Assembly: GCA_964016885.1 (NCBI GenBank)
Contig: OZ024742.1
Span: forward strand, 205,530,001-205,594,000
Length of the DNA stretch: 64,000 bases
Origin: Eledone cirrhosa
Taxonomy: Eukaryota
Reading direction: 5' to 3'
Numbering within the stretch: position 1 is the stretch's first letter; each line of letters opens with the position of its first letter. Under the pieces are notes generated by a model. That model had not been told where the DNA came from and did no database searches. It saw only the letters and a list, made by a program, of their open reading frames with translations. Positions 54,304 to 64,000 of this stretch are shown piece after piece. The translations under genes were made by a program, and so were the position numbers.

Positions 54304-54692
54304 CAATGTGGTACATCTACATCAAACCATAATTGGTGAAAGAAAGGCTGTTTGCTATATGAGAGGGAGAGAGCAGCTGCAACAGTAGGCGAAAGTGACA
54401 GCAGCAGTAGTGGCAAAAATGAAGGGAGGCAATGGCAGGAGATACAAAGATAGAGTCTGTGTGCTATTTGAACGGGAACAGCAGCAGCAGCAGGCGGAAG
54501 TAATAGTGGTAAAAATAAAAACAAAAGGAGGCGAAAATGGGAGAAACAAAGATATATATAATATATATATGTAGAAGTTGTATTTAATTTGTTGGAAGTC
54601 CGACAAACATAAATGTTTATAACTGATTTAGAGCACTCAACAGTTTACTGGAGTAAATATTCCATGATATTAAATCAATGGAAACTATATTT

Positions 54693-54756
54693 ATTTTATT
54701 ATATATATTTCAAGGGCAACCAAGACACCATTGGTGCGCTTTCATCAGATAAAATA
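54693..54756 (-). ncRNA. Minimal type I hammerhead ribozyme (inverted partner of 54866-54930)
   Basis: Reverse complement: tattttat-CTGATGA-aagcgcaccaa..ttggttgccctt-GAAA-tatata-TA-ataaaata. Confidence 0.82.
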
Positions 54757-54865
54757 CAAAGTTTGTTTTATAAATAGAAACGTACCCATGAAAATCATAC
54801 CTTATCAGTTGGAATAGTGAATTTCCAACCGATAAGGTACGTCTCTATTTATAAAACAAACTTTG

Positions 54866-54930
54866 TATTTTATCTGATGAAAGCGCACCAATAGTGTCTT
54901 GGTTGCCCTTGAAATATATATAATAAAATA
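54866..54930 (+). ncRNA. Minimal type I hammerhead ribozyme
   Basis: tattttat-CTGATGA-aagcgcaccaa-tagtgtc-ttggttgccctt-GAAA-tatata-TA-ataaaata; palindromic helix III. Confidence 0.85.
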
Positions 54931-54946
54931 AATATGGTTTTATAAA

Positions 54947-55305
54947 TATATTGTTATACTTTGGGAGGGTCATGTTGCCAATAAGAAACACATGCACCAG
55001 TTGCTTTAGGAATATATAAATTTCCGGTTGGTTGGTTCCACAACCAGATGATTGTTTATATATTGTCAAAGTTCTTTCGTCACACATTCTGTGACCTCTT
55101 CAGTGACTGGGGATTCTTTTCTTTGTTTTTGTGCCTCTCTTTTGTTCTGTCCTACGCCATCTTGTTTTTGTGTGTGTTGTGTGCTTAGTTTGCGCATGTG
55201 TTACATCCGGGTGTCTGTATGTGTTTATATTTGTTTATTTATTTGTTTATTTACATGTTACTGGTTGGTTGTTTATTCTATGTGCGTGTGTGTTTTCATT
55301 TTGTC
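54947..55305 (+). repeat. Dispersed repeat homologous to the arm of the 4645-5550 palindrome; its start recurs inverted from ~55799
   Basis: atattgttatactttgggagggtcatgttgccaataagaaacac shared. Confidence 0.85.
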
Positions 55306-56077
55306 CTTAATTGTAAGTTGTGATGTTGCTGTTCCATTCATGTTTTCTATTTAATTTTGGTTGGAGTTCATTTATGTTTATTGCCTCTGTGATTTGTATA
55401 AACATTGCGTCTTTTCTGTGTGTAGATTCTATTTTTATTTCTATGTTCTCTAATTTACCCGTATGTTCTATTTTAGCATGTTGGTAGAGTACAGATGATT
55501 ATTTACTATCTTGAAGGTCTCGCCAGTGTTCATTTATCCATTCCCCTATACTACGAGCTGTCTCACCTATGTACACTATATTCTTATCTCTACATTGTCC
55601 TTCAGTACATCTTATGCTATATACTACATTTCTAGTTTTACAGTTAATATGGGGGCTTAATTTACAGATTATACATTTTGAAAAGGGTATGTATTGCTAA
55701 TAAGTGTTTTTATGGAGGTACCTGGTCTTTCTATAAAAACACTTATTAGCAATACATACCCTTTTCAAAGACCTCCCTGTATAGACAAGAAATGTATACT
55801 GGTGTGTGTGTTTCTTATTGGCAACATGACGCTCCCAAAGTATAACAATATCGGTTTTAACACACGTTTTCAGATAAGAATCTTGCTAAACAAATTCAGA
55901 AACGAAATTTATAAATATAGTTTCCATTTATTTAATATCATGGTATATATATATATATTTCCCACATCTTACGTTAACTATTTTCCCATTTTGACGCTAT
56001 AGTCACTTATATATTATGGAATACTGTTGGCTTCTTGCTACAATAATTTCTATACTTTTCATTTATATATATATATA

Positions 56078-56225
56078 GTGGAGGTGCCACGGCAAAAAAG
56101 CACCCAGCACTCACTGTAAATGAGGTTGGTGTTAGGAAGGGCATCCAGCTGTAGAAATCATGCCAGAATCAGTTCCCGTCCCACCCTTGCAAGCATGGAA
56201 AAGTGGACGTAAAATGAAATGATGA
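56078..56225 (+). mobile_element. 3' part of SINE family 1
   Basis: Matches 27870-28020. Confidence 0.85.
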
Positions 56226-56520
56226 AAAATGATAAATATGTAAAAAGTAAACAGAATTAATAACACATAATCGGTACAGTATAATGGTAAGAATATATTA
56301 TTTTAATGCTTGAAATAGCAAGAAGAGGGTCTTAACGTTTCGGAAGCTAGTCCTTATTTGCAATGTTTAGATATTCTCTCTAAAATGTTGCGCGCGCGTA
56401 CGTGTGGCTGGCTGGCTGGCTGAATACACACGTGCTTTTTTTCAAAAATATTCTTTCTTCCATTCCTTCCTCTTCTCATCATTCACTATCTTTCTATTTC
56501 ATCTTTTATTTCTCATTCTA

Positions 56521-56557
56521 TCTTCTGATGAAGGACTAGTGCCTGAAACATAAAGAC
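56521..56557 (+). ncRNA. Degenerate copy of the 49895 hammerhead; partial inverted copy at ~56322-56355
   Basis: tctt-CTGATGA-aggactagtgcct-GAAA-cataaaga. Confidence 0.55.
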
Positions 56558-56854
56558 TCCATACTTTTGCTCACAGCAACGGACCTACAAGCACACACAA
56601 ACTCTTTTACTTACTTATATACACACATATCCTCTTAGCTTTGTACAGATGTATAACACACACACATGCATGCACATAGCTCTATATACAATAAATTTCA
56701 AAATACAGACACACACACTGGCTAGCAAAGGATTAAATTCTTACTAGTGTTTTGGAAGTGTTAACATTTTTAGATGATAATAAATTGAGGATAGCCATGT
56801 GAACTGAATATCAATAACCACTCCAAGCAAAAAAGTGTGGCATCACAATAAAAC

Positions 56855-57325
56855 TGTGAGACTTTGAAAACAGGCGAGGATATACAGTTTTCTCGTCTGT
56901 GTAAATGAGGCGATTAATCTGATAGGAACCAGTTCAGTTCGAAATGCATCAATTATTGTCCCCCTTGATTCTGCTGGACACCGCCAGGTGGCAATAGCTG
57001 CCAGTATTTTTGCATAACTACGGCTTTCTAAATACAAAATTCCAATACATATCTGTATACAGCTATGCTCGAAGTTAAATTCTAATTCTATTCTATTATA
57101 AGTTGAGCCAATGTATACAGCTTCATATGCAAATAAGATTAATCACCTCATTTACACAGATGAGAAAACTATATATTCCTGCCCGTTTTCAAAGTCCAGC
57201 AGTTGCAATAGCAGGAGGGATCATCCTGATGAGAACCAGTTCAGTTCAAAATGCATCAACGGTTGTTCCCCTTGCTTCTGTTGGAAAATTCCAGGTGGCA
57301 ATAGCTGTCAGTGTTTTTGCATAGC
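56855..57325 (+). repeat. Partial tandem (~307-bp spacing) with two mutated hammerheads and an internal inversion
   Basis: ctgatag-gaac-cagttca-gttc-GAAA-tgca-TC (56919-56950) and CTGATGA-gaac-cagttca-gttc-aaaa-tgca-TC (57226-57257). Confidence 0.75.
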
Positions 57326-57327
57326 TA

Positions 57328-57545
57328 TGTTTACTCAGCTGTAGAAATGAGATGATAGGGACTGGAGTCCATATCATTCCACTGCAAAGTGGTCGTGGAG
57401 GTGCCACGGCAAAAAAGCACCCAGCACTCACTGTAAATGAGGTTGGTGTTAGGAAGGGCATCCAGCTGTAGAAATCAAGCCAGAATCAGTTCCCGTCCCA
57501 CCCTTGCAAGCAGGGAGAAGCGGACGTAAAATGAAATGACCATGA
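57328..57545 (+). mobile_element. 5'-truncated SINE family 1
   Basis: Matches 27806-28020. Confidence 0.87.
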
Positions 57546-57574
57546 TACCTCAATCTGTCGGTGGTAGACCTGTC

Positions 57575-57720
57575 TAAAACCTACGTTTTGCAGACGGCAT
57601 TGACCTCATAGCAGGCAGTAACAACAAGCTCCATGACTTGACAAACAAACTTGTTGAAAGAGCAGCAGCATATGGAATGGAGATCAGCTCCAAGAAATCC
57701 AAAGTAATGGTGAATAACAC
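57575..57720 (+). mobile_element. Short non-LTR RT fragment
   Basis: NLRFADGIDLIAGS..L..LT..L..AAAYGMEISSKKSKVM. Confidence 0.7.
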
Positions 57721-59057
57721 AAGTTATATATATAGTAGCTTGGTAAAGAATATCCAAAGTTACAAAATGATATCTTTTTCATATATGAAACAGCTTTTTC
57801 AGAGTTTCACTGAGACAGCCTTCAGTTCTTCAGCCATTTTGTAACTTTGGATATTCTTTACCAAGCTAATATATATGAAAAAGATATCGTTTGTTACAAA
57901 ATCCATATTAAAAAAATTAGAAACATAGGTGGAGAAGTTAAAAACAGCTCAAAATACAATAATTTATTATAATAAGCAGTACAAAAGGCTGTTTCATACT
58001 TCTTTGAAAGAATTTTTCAAACAAGCATGTATACAAAATCCTATTGTGCTAAAAATAATAATTACACATGAAGCAAATTATTCATTAAAATAGATACCAA
58101 ATACGTTTTTAACATTAAATGCTGATTTACAAAAGTTTCGTCCTCTTGTCAAAATCAGTTATTTAAGATTAAAAACCTCATAAAACCTCACCAAAACACT
58201 CAACAGCCAGAGAAATGGTTGACACTTAAAAATTCAAAACGACCCCATAATTCATGGAAAATCTAAACGCACACACATGGCCGAAAAAGAGCAAGAAAGA
58301 ATAGGTGAAAAACTATATAGCTTGTTTTGAGCAAAATTTACCTAATAGAAAAATCATTAGTTTAGTTGGTGTAAATAAATCATGGTAGAATAAAAATTGA
58401 TTTAATGAAGAAAAATATAATTAGCCCTTATTTGCATTAAGTGTATCATGTTCATTTCACTGGCATATAATCAATTGATTCCAGAAAACTTTAGTTTCCC
58501 AAATTAAAAGATCAATCAGAAGAAGCTCAGTATATGTTTATTTATGAACTTAAGAGTAGTTGTATTAATAAGCATTAAACTTCCAAAATACATATTTTAT
58601 TTCACAGACCAATCAATACAGATTTAAGTTAACCTGCAACTTACAACCACCTTAGAATATTAAAGTGGTTCAACTTGTTTTAAGTATGGTATTGCTAACA
58701 TTATATAACAACAAAGATTATTATAAAATATTAGCTATAGGAAAGAAAACTTTATCAGAATTTTGTTTGTGTGTTTTTGTGGCAGAGTTCCGGCATAAGA
58801 TAATGGGTCAAACTAACTAAGTAAGTAAAGTTTTTAAAAGATAGGCAGAATCATAACTGTGTGGTTAAAGAGACTGCTTTGCAACCATGTGGTTTTGAGT
58901 TTAGTATCACTGTGTGGCAACTAGGACAAGTTTTTTTTACTATAGCCTTGATTTGACCAATGTCTTATGAGTGAAATTTAATAAATGGAAACTGTGCAGA
59001 AATCTGCTGAGTATGTGTGTGTATCCATATTTACTTTTATTATTTACTTATGCCCCG

Positions 59058-59243
59058 GGCGGTGGATTGGCAGTATCGGTAGAGGGTCGGACGCCATGCT
59101 TTCCAGCATAGTTACGTCCCTTTACGATCTGAGTTCAAATCCTGCCGAGGTTAACTTTGCCTTTCATCCTTACGGGGGTCGATAAAATAAAGTACCAGTA
59201 ATGCACTGGGTAATTGCTGGCCTTGTGCCTAAAGTAGAAACAA
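59058..59243 (+). mobile_element. SINE family 2, full-length, 18-bp TSD
   Basis: TSD ttatttacttatgccccg at 59040-59057 and 59244-59261. Confidence 0.88.
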
Positions 59244-59566
59244 TTATTTACTTATGCCCCGTAAACTAATGGTTTAACAAACACATTGATTAATTAAGTA
59301 CCAGACTTGAAAAAAAGTAAGTATTGAGATCCATATGACTAAATCACCTGAAAGCAATGCCCTAGCAGAGCCCCAGAGACTAGTGACTGAAACCAGGAAA
59401 AAATAAAAGATTTTATCATCACATACTCCATTTAGAATTCAAAGATAGTTTTAATACATTGCTAAATATAAGATAAAGTTTTTATCTAAGATAAATTCAA
59501 TTCAGTTAAGTCTTGGAATTTTGTTAAAATAAATTTAAGTTGCATGATATATATGTTACATTATTA

Positions 59567-59746
59567 TTGGCAGTATCGGTAGAGGGTCGGACGCCATACT
59601 TTCCAGCATAGTTACGTCCCTTTACGATCTGAGTTCATATCCCGCCGAGGTTGACTTTGCCTTTCATCCTTACGGGGTCGATAGAATAAAGTACCAGTAA
59701 TGCACTGGGTAATTGCTGGCCTTGTGCCTAAAGTAGAAACAATTAT
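59567..59746 (+). mobile_element. SINE family 2 copy
   Basis: Near-identical to 59058-59243. Confidence 0.87.
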
Positions 59747-60629
59747 TTAGTAAATAAGAAGTTGTTCATAATTTTTTTCAGATGTGTGTGTGTGTCTGTG
59801 TATGTTTCTGTGTTGACTCAGTATATTGTTCAATATTCAACATAATCAAAAAAATTATACAGCTTATAATGGTGAATTAAAATTTGACATCCCACTAATA
59901 AAAGTATATCATAAATACCTTCATATGCCCCAAACAGCAAAGTATTTCCTTTTTTAAATTTGCATGTTAAAACAAAAATTGACTTTTGCACATTGAAAAT
60001 TAAACTTTAATAATATAAATTTAATTAAAATAATTATTAGTCCTGTTCTTTTTAAAAATGTTTCTAAATAAAACAAAATAAAATTTCATTTTGAACTAAC
60101 TGTAACAATAGCAAAAGAGAAAATTCTAGATACTAATAAATTTATCTTAAGATAATTGACAGAAAAATGTTAGTTTGTAAGCTGATTTTCTTTCTTAGAA
60201 AACTATAAGACAATTAATGCAATGTCTTGATTCTTAAAATATATTCAAATGAGCAATTTCTATAAAATATTGACACTGGAAAAATATTTTAAATATATAA
60301 CAACCTCATTTCAGTGCAGACATAGTTTCAGAGACCAGTAATCTGTCAGTCATTTTAGCTATTTAAGCAGAAGTCACACTATTTTCTCACCCTTCTCTTT
60401 TTTTACATAGCAGCAAACATAAGCTAGCATTGTTACTCCAGTTTCTCTATCTTAGCTTTTCATTAGCCATTATCTCTTAGTTTCACCTCAACAGAACAAA
60501 ATTCTCCATCTAATGCACAAGACACATTAACATGAATTACAAAACCACATTTGTAAATTGCCATTTCTACCAATTTAAAAACATACATTATCTGCTTTCT
60601 CTCTTTAATGCTGCCTTATTCTATATTAG

Positions 60630-62725
60630 GTGACCATGTCTTGCTCATACAGAACAGATTTTAGCTTGGTTTCTATGGCTGGATGTCCTTCCTACACCAA
60701 CCACATTTACAGTGTGGACTGGGTGTTTTTTGTCGTGACGCCTATATGATCACTTTACAGTGTGGGCTGAGTGTTTTTTTGTTCATTCACCAACACGACC
60801 ACTTTACAGTATGGACTGGGGTGGGAGAGGAGCATGGGGATTGGAGAGGTAGATCTAGTGGGAGGTGTGGCTCAATGGAGGGTTGTGAGGACGTGGGTGG
60901 AGAGTTAGGGCATGGGAGGTGTATGAAAGAGGGGGGGGTAAGGGAAAGTAGTGAATATTAGATGAATGCTTCAACCTGTGCACAGAGGATAGAATTTCTA
61001 CACACCCCTTTCCTACACACTGAGCAGGGCCATTTCCCAGAAGGGATTAAGGTTTTGTTTTCCTTACTCCTTACTAGAACTTTGGTCATTGCCAAGTTGA
61101 CTTTAAGACGTTTTGATTCTAGGTTATGCTTCCAGGTCAGGAATTTTTTTCTCTAGTTCTATCATTGATTCAGCTATGAGAGTTAGATCATCTGCATACA
61201 GGAGTTCCTATGGACATCCAGTTTTAAACTCTTCTGTTATAACCTGGAGGTCAATAATAAACAGGAGAGGTATAGGGCAGAGCCATGGTGAATCCCAACT
61301 TGCACACTAAACTCCTTGCTATAGTCATTATTACGGCCCTTTATGGTCTGAGTTCAAATCCTGCCGAGTTCAAATCCTTACGGGGTCGATAAAATAAAGT
61401 ACCAGTAATGCACTGGGTAATTGCTGGCCTTGTGCCAAAAATAGAAACAATTATTAACCTTGCTGACAGTACCTCTATACATGGCTTTTACCACCATCAC
61501 TAGTTACTTGTCTACTCCAAGTTTCCCAAGAGCATACCATATTACAGGATGGGGGACCCTGTCAAAAGCTTATTTTAGGTCAACAGATACTAAAGGAGGG
61601 TTTTGCTTTTAGTTAGATACTTCTCCTGCAGTTGCCTCACAAAGAGGAAGGTAGCCTTGGTACTTTCTCCTGGCACAAATCTGAACTGCATCTCATCTAG
61701 GTTAATTTGATCCATAATCAGTTGTACAATAACTCTTTCTGTAACTTTCACGACCTGGTCCATCAGTTTGATGCCACGATAGTTCCCTCTATCTAGCACA
61801 TCACCTTGCCCATGTAGCAGTTGACGATGCTGCTGCTATGCCAGTCATCAGGTATGGTGCTATTTTGTATTACTTGGTTAACAATATAGATAATAATGGT
61901 GTGTCCTACCAATCTAGATCGTTTCAGCAACTATTCCCGATGGCCCCGCTGCTTTGCCTCTTTTCATGTCCTTAATTGCCTTACTACACTGCTGCTGACT
62001 TCTACCACTAGTACCACTGTAGGGTCCACCTAGGGCAGGCTATCTTCCTCCCACACATTCTCCACATTCATCAGTCTCTCAGACACTTCCAGGCTGCCTT
62101 CTGTTCGGTTTCAGTGAGGGCAAGTGCACCATTGTAATCTCAGACACACTTCTCTCACACAACAACATTATTTTCCCTGACACACTGCCTTGTGATCCTG
62201 AACACCTCACATCTTTGGTCCTCATGCCGCATAACATGCATAAACTTTTTTACTTTCTTCTTCCTTCCTTGCAAAGTATACTTGTCACCTTGCCTCTCTC
62301 CTGGCCACTTGGTAAAGCTCTCTGCTATCCACATTTTGCTATTTCTTCCATGCCTGTCGCTTGGCCTTAATTGTTACCCTACTATTCCACGACCAAGTTA
62401 CTCTCCTACTCACCCAGATCGCTGCTCCATCCACATACCTCAGTTGTGGCCTTCAGTAGATTGTCGCTCAGGAACTCCCACTGCTCTTCTATATTGTTTG
62501 TCGATATTTCTTCTTTTGTATTGTCAAAAGCATCAAGATATCCTTAAATTTGTTACAGGCTGACGGCTCCTTTAATTTCCATATCTTCCTTCTCCATGTT
62601 GCCCTCTGTCTCTAAGTCACTGACTACTAGGTTATGTTGAGAGGTATATTCCTCACCTGGGAGGGACTTTGTGTTTACAACCATCACTATCTTGTTTTCT
62701 GGTGAGGATGAAATCTATTTGGATG
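60630..62725 (-). mobile_element. Old decayed RTE copy interrupted by a SINE family 2 fragment at ~61330-61452
   Basis: ORF 61590-61799 (NYRGIKLMDQ..LDEMQF); YADD at ~61187-61198 on minus strand; 3' UTR at 60630-60820. Confidence 0.85.
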
Positions 62726-64000
62726 GTTGTCAATTAGATTTAAGTAATGTTTGCAAATTTGGGAAGCTAATTTATACTTGCATCTGACCTTGAAACTCAA
62801 CTCCTGTATTTTTTCGCTAGTTATGCCAAATTTCAGAAAATTTGTAGTTTCATCATCATCATCGTTTAACGTCCATCTTCCATGCTAGCATGGGTTTGTA
62901 AACTACTTTAAGATTTGTATATTATGAATTATGGGCCACAGATAAAGTATCCTTAAAAGTTGCAATACTGTTAAATAAGTTATACATTAATCATCTTTTC
63001 TTTGATAACTTTGTAGCAGCAAATTATATTATCAAGTTGACATTTTTATTGTATGAAATTGCTATATGTAAGACTAGTGCTCTTAAATTAGTAGAGTAGT
63101 TGGATAGTTGGCACCATCCCTCTCTAGTATAAGAAGAGCTTGATGGTTAGTAATCTTATCTAAATTGGGTTTCAGCAACAGCTGGTTATAAACACCATAT
63201 TCAATAATGTCACTTAACAAAAAAATCCTTATGACCATTTTTGAGAAAGCATATAGAAATATTTACTGCAATCACTTTTCAAAGTTTAAAAAGAATAATA
63301 TTCAATATATATAAACTGAAAAATTAATCTTTCATATGATATTGTACACTTTAAATTCTTTAACTATCTTGTGGACTTTAAATTTAACTGGTGTTCAGAA
63401 ATGTGATAAAATTAATAAAATTTAGGTTCTTGCCTTCCTTATAATTTTAAGAATTTCTATATAAAAGATATTCTTGTATTCCTAGCTGATTCAGACATGG
63501 AATATTGACCACAGATATGTTTGCAGAACAGAAGAGTCTTGCTGAGAGACTTCCGCACTCTAAATACCATATCAGGATTTTGAAATTGATATGTTTTAGG
63601 GTATGTAATGAAATCTACCCATTAAACTTGAAGACATGCTGTGGTGGTAAAGAATGATGAATGGTTTCTGCATATTTTTTTTTCTTTTTGTGAATGTGAT
63701 CTAACATGAGCTGAATAAAGCTGCCGTAACGTTACATACTTTAACCAGAAAGTAAACTTAATTACTAAGAGGGAACACAAGAAAATGGTAGTTTGTTCAT
63801 ATAGACAATGCAATAAGCAGGAAACTTTTGTACTCAACTGAATGCTTTTGAATGCTAGCGACAAGTTATGCATGAATATTTTGTCACTACCCATGACCAT
63901 AACAATTTTTCTTACAGTGCCATAGAATAACAAACTATTTGCTTGAACATAATACATTTACATTCAACAAATTAGAATTGTAAAAAATTATATAAAAGAA

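Noticed and set aside
63622-63957. 111-aa minus ORF as the upstream DDR exon
   Set aside because: No signal peptide, homology or splice-donor support

Overview
Eukaryotic, AT-rich, repeat-dominated DNA. The repeat content looks cephalopod/Octopus-like (inference from RTE LINEs with (GAT)n tails, tRNA-SINEs and huge (TA)n tracts). The only host-gene piece I can support is a 106-bp minus-strand exon (47528-47633) encoding the start of a discoidin (F5/8C) domain, DDR-like; the rest probably lies in its introns. The window holds many decayed RTE-clade LINE copies, two SINE families, piggyBac remnants/MITEs, and Penelope-like element (PLE) fragments (Naiad/Chlamys-type GIY-YIG and a Neptune-type copy). 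The standout is 8848-18303: about 20 essentially identical 465-bp units, each carrying a minimal type I hammerhead ribozyme with an intact core (CUGAUGA/GAAA, GUC site, palindromic helix III). They form two oppositely oriented arms (a 4.4-kb near-perfect inverted repeat with a 60-bp spacer), inserted in a (TA)n tract that appears directly duplicated on both sides. It looks like a very young retrozyme-like/circRNA-derived concatemer. At least four further hammerhead families and several fold-back palindromes occur in the window. All structures were read by eye; no folding or database search was run.
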